IMG/VR virus record: IMGVR_UViG_3300028883_000033
Coordinates: 32,001-96,000 of that record
Length of the DNA: 64,000 nucleotides
Strand: one strand, 5' to 3'
Origin: a virus
Of the stretch, positions 18,291 through 29,600 are shown piece by piece. Below the pieces are notes generated by a model. That model saw nothing but the letters and a program-made list of their open reading frames with translations. It did not search any database and had not been told where the DNA came from. A program made the translations under genes and the position numbers. Each line of letters opens with the position of its first letter. Position 1 is the stretch's first letter.

Positions 18291-19871
18291 ATGTTCGGTC
18301 AAGGTTACCTAAGCTCAATACTACAAAAACAACTAAAGAGCGACCCAGCAACTCAATTCACTGTCGGCCGTGTGATTGACACAAATGACCCACAACAGAT
18401 GGGTCGAGTCCGTGTTCAATGTTCGGCGTGGGGTGATCATGGATCAAAGCTAGTTCGTGATATTCCCTTTGCTATGCCTGTTTCACCATTGGCAGGTTTA
18501 ATGATGACTGGTAAACGTGGCGCTGAAGAGGCAGAAGTTGATGGTCCGGTGTCATATGGTATGTGGAACATTCCTAAGATTGGCTCTTATGTTATCGTAG
18601 GCTGTATTGATGGCCATCGCGGCCGCCGTTTCTATATTGGCGGTATTCACCCACAGTTTATGACGCATACGATGCCTCATGGTCGGTACACGTGGCAGGA
18701 TCAGGCCAATGGAAAACCTGACGGCCCCCTTGATACGCATGAGAAACCGATCGAACCATTGTACAGCAACTTAACAGCAGCGTTTACGCCGAGAAAATCG
18801 ACAACAGAAGAAGTACCGGGAACGAGTTCCGTCAAGCCGCGTGAAAACCTTGAGTGGCGCTCACGCGGCCTGGACCGGCAAACTAGCGGCATAACCAACG
18901 AGCAGACTGCCAATACAGAAGACGGGCCTGGTAACAAAGTAGCTGATACGAAACCTGGTGAGCCTATTAAGATTACGCAAGAAGATGGATCAACCTATGA
19001 GCTTGATGGGCCAGGTTATTCCGTAAGCCAGGTTATTGAGGGAGAGAAGTATGACTCCACCGGAACGGGATATGATTCGCAAGTGTATTCGTGGACTACC
19101 CCTGGCTTTCATGCGTTCTCGATGGATGACCGAAAGGATAACTGTCGCATTCGGCTACGAACCACATCTGGTCACCAGATCATTATGGATGATACCAATG
19201 AGCGTATCTACATTAGTGCTGCAGGTGGAGAATCGTGGATTGAGATTGATAAAGTAGGAAACATTGATATCTATGCCAGCAAGAACATATCAACACATGC
19301 TGGTGGTGATATCAATTTCTTTTCCGATAAGTCAATCCGCATGCAAGCGAAAGAAGGGATCCATATGCGCACGGACGATGAGTTCCGGATTCATGCGGTG
19401 AAAGATTTTCATGTTCGTTCGGAGTTGAACATTCGAACTTATTCTGGGCAAGAGACTCGAATGGAGTCTACAGCTGATATGCATGTATTGGTACAAGGCT
19501 CCACATTTATAGGTTCGACTGGACCAATTCATGTAGGGACGCAAGGAACGATGCACCTATCGTCTACTGGGCGTTTGAATTTGACGAGTGGTAATTGGAT
19601 CGTAGGCGATGCACAGCAGGTGCACTGGAATAGTGCAGTTGCCACCCCGGCATCTGCTGCACAAGAAGCGTTGGAAATTCAGGCAAATTGGACAAGTCGT
19701 GTTCCTGAACACGAACCATGGGCTCGTGTGTTTATGAAAGAATCAGATAGTGATGCTACCGCAACTAATAAGGTAAACAAGCATACTCCTGAATATTCGT
19801 ACACAGATCAGCTGGTCGGTAAAGGTGGACGCGGGGATACGTACGAGCGTAACAAGTATTGGCATCGGTAA
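18291..19871 (+). CDS. gp5: Baseplate central spike (gp5/VgrG-like), no lysozyme domain
   Basis: OB-fold GRVIDTNDPQQMGRVRV, RTTSGHQIIMDDT, C-terminal beta-helix repeats, RVPEHEPW end. Confidence 0.85.
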   Translation: MFGQGYLSSILQKQLKSDPATQFTVGRVIDTNDPQQMGRVRVQCSAWGDHGSKLVRDIPFAMPVSPLAGLMMTGKRGAEEAEVDGPVSYGMWNIPKIGSYVIVGCIDGHRGRRFYIGGIHPQFMTHTMPHGRYTWQDQANGKPDGPLDTHEKPIEPLYSNLTAAFTPRKSTTEEVPGTSSVKPRENLEWRSRGLDRQTSGITNEQTANTEDGPGNKVADTKPGEPIKITQEDGSTYELDGPGYSVSQVIEGEKYDSTGTGYDSQVYSWTTPGFHAFSMDDRKDNCRIRLRTTSGHQIIMDDTNERIYISAAGGESWIEIDKVGNIDIYASKNISTHAGGDINFFSDKSIRMQAKEGIHMRTDDEFRIHAVKDFHVRSELNIRTYSGQETRMESTADMHVLVQGSTFIGSTGPIHVGTQGTMHLSSTGRLNLTSGNWIVGDAQQVHWNSAVATPASAAQEALEIQANWTSRVPEHEPWARVFMKESDSDATATNKVNKHTPEYSYTDQLVGKGGRGDTYERNKYWHR

Positions 19872-19890
19872 ATCACGCAAGTTACCCTCC

Positions 19891-19898
19891 GATAAATA
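19891..19898 (+). promoter_or_regulatory. Late promoter GATAAATA
   Basis: Upstream of gp25. Confidence 0.6.
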
Positions 19899-19920
19899 CT
19901 AGACGAGTTGTGGAGTTAAC

Positions 19921-20307
19921 ATGGCAAATATTAAGGGTTTGTACAAAGGTTTTTCGAGTTTCGAGTTTCAGCGAAAGAAATCATTCAAGATACGTGATAT
20001 TGAGCTGGTAAAACTCGATCTCCTGAATCACATCTTCACCAAGCGAGGTGAGCGTGTGATGATGCCTACGTTTGGAACAGTGATTCCTGAGATGACGTTC
20101 GAACCTCTGGACCAAGATACGATTGAGATTATTGAGTCTGAGGTTACGCGTGTGCTGGAATACGATCCGCGTGTTGAAATTCTTAACATTGACGTGCAAC
20201 CCAATTATGATAATAATTCGCTATATGTTGGCGCTAAGGTGCTTTACGTTGAACTCAACCGCGTAGATAGCCTGGAATTGAATATACAGTTTGGAGAGTC
20301 TAGTTAA
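19921..20307 (+). CDS. gp25: Baseplate wedge gp25-like
   Basis: LLNHIFTKRGERVMMPTFG...FEP...YDPRV. Confidence 0.92.
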   Translation: MANIKGLYKGFSSFEFQRKKSFKIRDIELVKLDLLNHIFTKRGERVMMPTFGTVIPEMTFEPLDQDTIEIIESEVTRVLEYDPRVEILNIDVQPNYDNNSLYVGAKVLYVELNRVDSLELNIQFGESS

Positions 20308-23300
20308 TGGCAAGGGAAATATCACGCGCCGAGGCATGGGAACGAGCGCACGAAGTGTTCACGCAAGTGAACTTCAATGCGTTTGATTACAATTCGATTA
20401 AAGAAAGCCTACTTGATTACGTCAAGTTGTATTTCCCTGAAGATTTCAATGATTATATTGAGTCATCCGAGTTCATCGCAATACTCGAGTTGTTCGCTTA
20501 TGTTGGCGAACTACTGGCCTATCGTATTGATCTTAACGCTCATGAGAACTTCATAACAACCGCAAAACGTAAAGAATCTATCTTACGTCTTGCTAAACTG
20601 ATTTCGTATAAAGCCTCTCGCAACATTCCAGCCCGTGGCCTTGTTAAGATGACGTCGATTCAGACCACGGAAACTGTTATCGACTCTGCTGGCCGAAACC
20701 TTGCAGGTCGTCGAGTCTATTGGAATGATAGCAACAACCCTGACTGGAAAGAACAGTTCCTTCTTGTACTCAACCGCGTGTTGGAACAAGAGTTTGGCTC
20801 TGTTACGCCTGACGAACGCGTGCAAGTAAATGATGTATTGTTTGAGTTATACACATTAGACAATAACCCTTTCGGAACAGGAACGGCTGGCGTAATCCCA
20901 TTCACGGCTGATGCGGGTGGCGTTTCTGCTCCAATGGAAGTTGTGCCTATACAGCTGACTGCTAACGGTCCGACTGAGCGCCGTCCGGAGCGTAATGCTA
21001 AGTTTTCATTGACGTATGCTAATGATGGTCTTGGCGACGGGTCGGATACCACCGGCTTCCTGATGTATGTTAAGCAGGGCACCTTGGTACAACAGACGAC
21101 TACCTTTGATGGAGTAACACCCAACCAAACGTATGCTGTTAATGTTGATAACATTAACGAAACAGATCTGTGGCTAAACAACATTGATAGCTCCAGTGGT
21201 GAAATTCTCATTGATGATCCATATGCAACACTTCTGCCTCATCTCACTAGTGATGATTTGCGTTATGGAGAGTGGGTTGAAGTTGACTTAGCAAATGCTC
21301 AAAACATTATATTCAACACAAACAAGAATCGTCACAAGTATGAAGTTGAAACGCTCGATAATGATCAGATCCGTATCATTTTTGGTGATGGTGAGTTTTC
21401 AGACATTCCATCTGGAACTTTTCAGATGTGGTATCGCACATCCCTCAATGATGATTATGTGATCGAAAAAACAGCTGTTATTGATCAATCAGCATCCATC
21501 TCATATACTGACATTGTTGGAACAGTTCAAACACTAACCTTTACGTTCTCCCTAACATCATCCCTGCAAAATGCATCCGCGTCGGAGGATATTGAACACA
21601 TCCGCCGTGTTGCACCATCAGTGTACTACACGCAGGATCGTATGGTAAATGGCCGTGATTATAATGTATTCATGTTACAGGATCCTTCCATATTGAAATT
21701 GCGGTCGGTAAACCGCACATTTGCTGGGGATTCAAAATACATTGCATGGCACGATCCGCGTGAAAATTATGAAGATGTGAAATTGTTCGGAGATGATCTG
21801 GCAATATTCTGGGCGGAAGAGGATCCGGTATCTGGTGATGTTGCTACAGTTGCCGCGTCTACGAGCGTGAATAGTATCATTGAAAACTACCTTGAGCCGT
21901 TATTATCAACTACAGATTTCTTCGCTAAGATTGCTCCAAAGCGCGAAGCGTTGGGGCTTGCAGGTGGGGATGTTCGAACATACTTCAAAACAGATACGTA
22001 TACGTTTGGACTCGACATTAACGGCCAGGATAATGAGATTGATGCTCTGAGTTATGCGTTGAATAATATAACAACATACATTGATTTGTACTATTCCGTG
22101 TTTTACGATGAGTGGACGGTGGGTGAACACCCAACACCAGACGCTGATTCCGATTGGATGATTCGTGTTGATCAGGATGTTACGGATTGGGAGATTTCGT
22201 GGTTGACTCGCCGATTAATTGTCCAGAGTGAACAGACAAAGTTCTGGAATACTAACACAACTGAACGCGTTGTAAACTTCGATACGATCAATTCACAAGG
22301 CGATCACATTGTTATTCTGAAGGCAAACGTTAATGCTAATGGGGATGGTTTGCTTAATGCTAACCGAAACTATAATGTCCTTGCACAAGAGCTACTTGAT
22401 GATAATGCAGGTAACTTGCCTGATATTCATCGGTTGTCGGTAATGCCGGTTGATGTTAATGGAGATAATATCCCTGATAATCTATTGCAGCCTGCATTGT
22501 TTGATGCTGAGTTTACTGGAACTTGGACTGAACTGTTAGCTAGTGGTCTGGGTGTGGATACTGGAACCCAGTACATTGATCTTAGTGTCGTAGGAAAAGT
22601 AATAAACAACAGCACGTCAAAGGGACGCGATAATGATATTGTAATCACGGTTGATGGAACCCCTCTGACGTTTGAGAGTACTCAACTGCAGGCTGATGTG
22701 TCCGATGCCAATAATTTAATCATTAGTCGGATAAATTTATTCCCAACATTACCGCTAACTGGGCCTGAAAATATTGTTATTTCCGTTAGAGACTATGTCT
22801 ACTTTTACCGTGATGATAATCTGAGCCCTTGGGTTCCTATGGAAGACACAGAAGCTAACCGAGTTCGATACTTATCTGAAGACCCCGATCTTCTGGAATC
22901 GTCATTACGTTACGATCGCCGTGAAGGACGATATCCACTAAACTTCGCGTGGTTCCACTACACTCCACGACTGAATCTGGTTGATCCTGCTGCTTCGAAT
23001 ATCATCGATACATATATCATCACTAAAGGATATTATACATCAACGAGACGTTGGCTTGAGAACAAGACGGATGTTGAGCCAGAAGCACCTACACCTCTGG
23101 AACTACGGTCAGCGTACGCAAATCTCCTTGACAATAAGATGATTTCCGACACTGTAGTCTTACATTCTGGTAAATTCAAGATTCTGTTTGGGTCACGGGC
23201 TATTCCTCAGCTGCAAGCCACGTTTAAAGTTGTTCGTCCGGACCAAACATCTAAAACAGACAACCAGGTTAAGGTTGAGATTGTTAATGCTATTCGGGCA

Positions 23301-23546
23301 TTCTTTGATATTGATGCATGGGAATTTGGTGAAACTTTCTTCTTTACTGAACTTTCCGCTTCAATTCACGCTGCGCTTGGCCCGGAAATTGACTCAGTTC
23401 TTCTCGTTCCAAACTACTCACAAAATCAGTTTGGCGATCTATTCCAGATCTATTCACGAGAGGATGAAATCTTTGTTCCTGATATTAGCACATCTAACAT
23501 TGAAATCATAGAATCCATCACCCCAGATAACATCAGGCAAGATTAA
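20307..23546 (+). CDS. gp6: Baseplate wedge gp6-like (expanded)
   Basis: FDYNSIKESL, FNDYIESSE, ENFITTAKRKES, IFGDG, EDIEHIRRVAP, TQDRMVNGRDY. Confidence 0.88.
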   Translation: MAREISRAEAWERAHEVFTQVNFNAFDYNSIKESLLDYVKLYFPEDFNDYIESSEFIAILELFAYVGELLAYRIDLNAHENFITTAKRKESILRLAKLISYKASRNIPARGLVKMTSIQTTETVIDSAGRNLAGRRVYWNDSNNPDWKEQFLLVLNRVLEQEFGSVTPDERVQVNDVLFELYTLDNNPFGTGTAGVIPFTADAGGVSAPMEVVPIQLTANGPTERRPERNAKFSLTYANDGLGDGSDTTGFLMYVKQGTLVQQTTTFDGVTPNQTYAVNVDNINETDLWLNNIDSSSGEILIDDPYATLLPHLTSDDLRYGEWVEVDLANAQNIIFNTNKNRHKYEVETLDNDQIRIIFGDGEFSDIPSGTFQMWYRTSLNDDYVIEKTAVIDQSASISYTDIVGTVQTLTFTFSLTSSLQNASASEDIEHIRRVAPSVYYTQDRMVNGRDYNVFMLQDPSILKLRSVNRTFAGDSKYIAWHDPRENYEDVKLFGDDLAIFWAEEDPVSGDVATVAASTSVNSIIENYLEPLLSTTDFFAKIAPKREALGLAGGDVRTYFKTDTYTFGLDINGQDNEIDALSYALNNITTYIDLYYSVFYDEWTVGEHPTPDADSDWMIRVDQDVTDWEISWLTRRLIVQSEQTKFWNTNTTERVVNFDTINSQGDHIVILKANVNANGDGLLNANRNYNVLAQELLDDNAGNLPDIHRLSVMPVDVNGDNIPDNLLQPALFDAEFTGTWTELLASGLGVDTGTQYIDLSVVGKVINNSTSKGRDNDIVITVDGTPLTFESTQLQADVSDANNLIISRINLFPTLPLTGPENIVISVRDYVYFYRDDNLSPWVPMEDTEANRVRYLSEDPDLLESSLRYDRREGRYPLNFAWFHYTPRLNLVDPAASNIIDTYIITKGYYTSTRRWLENKTDVEPEAPTPLELRSAYANLLDNKMISDTVVLHSGKFKILFGSRAIPQLQATFKVVRPDQTSKTDNQVKVEIVNAIRAFFDIDAWEFGETFFFTELSASIHAALGPEIDSVLLVPNYSQNQFGDLFQIYSREDEIFVPDISTSNIEIIESITPDNIRQD

Positions 23547-23581
23547 TCGTACCCCCGCGAAAATTTGCAAGGGGAACGACA

Positions 23582-23589
23582 AATAAATA
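23582..23589 (+). promoter_or_regulatory. Late promoter AATAAATA
   Basis: Upstream of 3643-aa gene. Confidence 0.55.
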
Positions 23590-23614
23590 CCTGAAATAAT
23601 GGAGATGATGGACT

Positions 23615-26600
23615 GTGGCAGACAACAGCGATTACACCAAACCGCGAACTAATTTATTTGACCTCTTACCGGAGGTCTATCAATCAGATACAAACCGCTC
23701 GGTTTTCGAGAACCTATTCAACCGTTTTCTGACCAAACAGGAAACAAAGCGCGTATCTGGTTATATTGGCGATGGGAATCCGAATGCTGTCGTAAAACGA
23801 CAAATTCAAGAGTTTAACGTCCACCGTCAAGCGTATCAGCTCCAGCCGATTTTGTACAACAAGATTGGTTCGGTTGAGTGGATGTCCTCATGGAAGGATT
23901 TGCTGAATGAGGCCGAACGTCTCGGTATTGATCCAGAAGCTATTCAAGAGTGGTTAAGTCTACTCCAGTTTAACTGGGCTCCTCCTATTGACATTGATAA
24001 GTTGATCCATTACCAAGATTATTATTGGTATGATGAGGACAACCCAAGTTCAAAACCACAATTCATCACAATTCGCAGTCGATGTGCAACTGCTACTTCG
24101 TATGCGAATTTCCAGGAGTCGTTAGTTGAGGAATATGGATCTGATTTTCCTGTTCTGCGAGCTGCTTCTGTTGATGATGTTTTACCTACGTTCGACATTA
24201 TCTCTCTCATTGTTGCAACCAGTCAGATTGTAGTATCCGGCGATGTCACAGATGAACTATCAGATGGACAGTTTCTTGAAGTAACTGGAACATTGGGTAA
24301 TAATGGTGTGTACCAACTTGATGGAGATCCAATATTTGATACACTATCAGGGAACTCAGTCATTCAAGTAGCACCAGGAGCATTCCCAGGTGCAGATGAA
24401 GTTATCGGCTCTGTAAAACTTGAGCGCTATGATAAATTTGTTATTACTGGTGATTACGGTCGCTTGATGGAACCTGGGTTCGTGTTCTTCTTCAAACACT
24501 CATCCAACGAAGAGATCAACGATTCATTCTTGATTGTTACAGATTCGGAATATGATGAATCAAATACTGAAACCACTGTAACATTATCGATGGTGTTTAC
24601 CGATCGTCGTGTTGACGGTGTAGTATCGTTGTCTGAGAAATTAGCAGCAGCACAGGCGGCTCGGGATTGTCAGTGTACTGGTTCTATCGGTTGGGATCTA
24701 TTCCAGTGGGATGATAACCCAGATACTCCAGAAATTTGGCACCAGGACACTCCATATCTTGATCCATGTGGGAATATCGTTGAAGATTTTAACTCACTGA
24801 TTGCATCGATCTCTAACGCAGGCCCTCCAGGCGCTCCGTGTGGAGAGAACCAGCTGTGGTGGGATACTGACGCTGACATTTTATACCAATATTCTTCAGC
24901 GACGGGATGGAAGACAATATGGAATGCTTTCTCTATATTGGTAGAAGACACCCGAGGAGCGGGACTGTGGGATCTGACGCTTGGTTGTGGAGTACAGACT
25001 GTTGTAAGCGGATCGGAACAGTGGATTACTGCAAATAAATGGCTACATAAAACTGACGTTCCTAACTTCGCTATTGCGAAACAAGCAAGCGTTCCAATCA
25101 TAGAGTTTGATTGGGATTTGGAACTCAATGAGTGGACATATACCACATATAATTGGAAATATCGTTCAGAAACACTTCGTCCGTTTGATGAAATTGACGC
25201 TGAACCAGATTTCGTTGAGCTCGTCCCTCTAACAATTTATGAGCGTGAAAGTGGAGTGTTAGACTCTATAGTGTTTGATGCTCGATATGGTGACATGACG
25301 GAGTACTTTGCACCAGGCCGCGAAATGGCTTTCCCAACAGTAACGGATGTGTTTGAAGTTGTGTCATCTTCATATGTTGCTGATAATCCTGGTGAGTCCC
25401 AGAAGACGCGGGTTACGTTCAACAAGGACATTGTTGCACCAGAGATAACATTTGGTAACACCGATACTGGAACTGAGTCTATCATCAACACGTCAGGTTC
25501 CCCAGCCGATCCAGCACCTCTTCGTCCTTTGTGGACATCGCAAGGTGATGCATGGAAAGGATACAACGTGCATTGGGTGTATGTGAGTTCCAATGCATCC
25601 GTTCCCATCGTACATCAACCAAAGAACAGTTTCACTGAAATTGGTACCACTCAGCCTGTAATAAATGATGTGGATTATGATTACACTTTCACTTATTACG
25701 CGCAGCAGTACAGTATAACATCGGCTAGTGAAGTATCTCATCTTGAGCTTGCAGCTGGTGCTCAGCCAGGATCGTCGTTAGACTTACGACATCGTGCCAT
25801 GGCTGGTATGAATGATGTCCGCGTATACATTAACGGTATTCGTCAATATGGTACATTCAATGAAGACGCAGACGCTGCGGGGTTTGTGACCGGCGTCACG
25901 TTCCTTACTGGATATGGTCCTACACAATTTGATGAAGTGCTAATTGAGGTTGGTGAAGCTACACCAGCTGATTTCGGTCGGACCAGCGTTCCTGTTCGAA
26001 CGATTGAAGATGACTATGCATACGCTGGTTCTTCCGAACCGACGTACATAAGTTTGGTAAAGTACAGAAAAGAAGAACAAGTAAAAACGCAGACAAATCA
26101 GTATCCACTATTTGATATGTACAATGTGGACGGCACGCCTGCATATAAAGCATCGCCTCTGTTCGCGTTCGTTACCGATTCTAGTCAGCCAGTAAATGGT
26201 GCAATTCAGATGCGCCTTGTTACTGGAAGTACTGGCAACAACTTCTTATTCCAGCAGTATCTGGTGGATGAAGATGATGGTACGATGTACGCCTATCGCG
26301 ACTACGTTAACCAAACCGACAATATCTGGGTTGATTTAGACACACTCACAGTAAACTTCTGGGATGGATTAGCTTGGTCGGAGTACAAAATTATCGATCG
26401 GTACTTCATGAAAGCTATAGTTCAGGATTATCCACCAGAACTTCCGTGGGAAAATATCAATGGTGTGTACTGGCTCGATACGCTCGAGAAGGTGTTGAAA
26501 GTTCGCAATGTTACTGCTGACCAATGGGTACCAGCAGAAGCATATTATGGACCGAGTGATCCTACTCTCCAGACAGTATGGAAGAAAGGATTAAATGATG

Positions 26601-29600
26601 AACTGTATGTTCCTCAGAAACGCGATTGGGAAAAACGCACGCTAGAAGAGTATAATGAGCAGAAGGCTGTGTACGTTGAGGAATTGGCCGAAGAGCTAAT
26701 GCTTGATGATTCATCTTTGACTGAACCTGATGCAATCGCTCAGGCTGAAATGGAGTGGAATTCTGAACAAGCAAACCACCTATCGCCAACAGGCGCTTGG
26801 GTTGGTGACTGGGAAATTCCTGATCCTCTGTATTACAACTATGGCCATGAGAACCGTAGACAAGTATCAATGTCAGAGTTGATTACTCACTTTGATACGA
26901 TTATTAAAGCTCAGCCGAAGATTCCGGGGTACTCAGGTCCTCGCAAAAACATGTTCCATCTGATTCCTTCAAATGATGTTAACTATGGGCTTGGTGGGAC
27001 AATTCGTGAGTTTAACTATGGGTTTGATACATTCTTATCAGCTCTATTCTCACACCAAGTATCTCCGCGTACGTTGATTGAGTTTGCACAAGATCAGTAT
27101 GAGGTTCTACTTAATAGCCTAGAAGAACTTTACCGTCGTGATAGTGTTGAATTGTTCACTACAATATCAACCGAGTCCCTGTCCGACATGTCTAAGTTCA
27201 TAGTCGATACTATTATTGAAACGTACGAACAGAATGATGCAACAGCTGCTCTGTATGGCGACAGTACGACATTCTTCGATCGACCAGGAACAACTGATGA
27301 TGTTGGCGTTCGCAACTGGATAGCTACCCTACCATTTTTGGGAATGGTTGAAAACAGAGTTCCTGCAAAAGTGGTAGACGAAGACCATGAGTTGAATCAA
27401 ATTATTCACCACGATGGTCATAGAAGCAACTATTTCCTTGCTGATGCTACTGTTGAGAGTATTATCCGCAACATTGTGGATTCCCCTGATGTGCGTACAG
27501 TTACACCAGGTTCTAACGACGAGCCAAAACCGTTTGGTGTTATTCCTAATACTCCAACACCACCACCTAATAACACAGATGAGTTTGAACTTTGGTTTGA
27601 CACATCGATTGCAAACCGTGAAGGTGTATATTGGTATTATGTGAATGGCCCAGACCGTACGTTGTATCGTTTGGAAGTTGCTGAGATTGGAACAACGGTA
27701 CCTTCTTCGACTGTTCCTGACGGTACTCTATGGCTAGATTTACGTCCTGGATTGGAAGCACTTCGTGTTAAGACAACCAATCCTAATACTGGGGATGTTG
27801 ATTGGGAAGTTCCTAAAAATATCATAGTTGGCGAGGATCCAGTTCGCTTGCACAACGGAACAGATCCATCAGACATATCAACTGCCGAGGTTTCTGCTTG
27901 GACGCGTATAGACCTCAATAGTTACTTGACTGATGTTATTTTTGAGGTTGAGCACCGTTTACATTCTGTTGCTCCTGACTACAGTAAGTTAAAGTATGAC
28001 TTTGACGCATTAAAGCAACAATATACTAGCGAGTATCAACAATATCTTGAGGAACAGTTCTTAGCTTACACCAGCGAAGCGGAGATAATTGCTCCACTGT
28101 CGAATTCCGCATACTCAGCATCTGATCCATTTACATGGAATTACAAACATTCAACAGTTGGTAGAGGATACCAGATCGTTGATATCGACACAGACGACAA
28201 CGCCTTTATCATTTCGGGACATTTTCAGTTTGTGTTTGATCCATGCAAGCCACCAACACCAACACCGCCTGGTTGGGTTCAACCACCAGCGTGCACAGGA
28301 TCTGGCGTGCAGGTTACTTTCTATGTTAAAAACAATGGACCGAATGATGGAACATGGACGGTGGTGTCAACCAGCGCACATCAAACCGCCGAAGACATCT
28401 GTTCATCTGGTTCGGTACTAACATGCACGGATGACAACAAGTTCACTAAGATATACGTCAATGAGCCTATAACCAATGTAGTAGGTGGAACGATATACCA
28501 AGGTATTCTTCCATCAACTGCCAATGATGGTTCCGAGTCCGGTGGCGATTGGAGGGATCTGTACCAGAAAGCGCTAGGAACGCCATATCCACATTTGGAG
28601 CCTTGGAGTCTTCAGGGTTATGTCGATAAGCCTGACTGGTGGGATCAATACTACCTTAACGACGACCCTAAGAAATGGGGCAGTCGTCGGTGGAAGTACA
28701 AGCACGGGTTTGATATTGCTGATGCTATCAACACAACGGACATATTTGAAATAGATGGTGAGTTTATTGAAGTATTCCCAACGGGAAAACTTTTCACCGT
28801 GGATAATTCAGTTGGTGTTCAGAATGGCCAATGGCAAGTAGGTAAGATAGGTGATGTTGTCAGCGTCACTCCAGGTCCTGCAACGAGTGCTAGTTTGGAA
28901 ATTGCAGGCGATCATGTTACCACGTTTACTGCTGGCACACAGTTCGCAATCATCTCATCGACTGGACAAATCGTCAAGACGTTGACTGTCGCCTCATCAT
29001 TCTTCACAGGACCGCCAACAAGTAGGACGATCATTGTTGTTGAAGAAGAGATCGTTGATATTACAGATTTTGATGTGTTTGGTGGTGCTACATATGATCC
29101 AGATACGAACAGAACCTCTATCCGTATAGACACGTCTGCGTTATCTCCAGTTCGTAGTGATATTACAGTTAACGGCCCAGGTGGACGAATTGCTATTAGC
29201 TACGGCATGTGGAACAATATTATCCAGGGTGAAATTCCTCCTGGCGTATCATATCCTAATGGCGTGATCAGCGTCACGGGAGATTACCAAGATGTTTCCA
29301 GCGGATTGATCAGTAGCCCTCTCCCTACATTTAACTATCTGTGTGTTAATATCGACAATCACGAAATCAACACGGGTGGTTCATATCAGCCGGATGATGT
29401 GTTCCCTCCTTACTGGAATTATAGTCAGCATTTCGGTGCTACAATACCAACGTTTGATTCGCGTATTCGTTCAATATTTTCTCAGTTGTCAACGGAGATT
29501 CTCTCAGAATCGGCAGACTATTCATTTGGTGATGCGGGATATGTTGAATGGGTGTGGAGAAACTCATCTCAGTTCCTATATGATCAATTGACGGTTGCCT

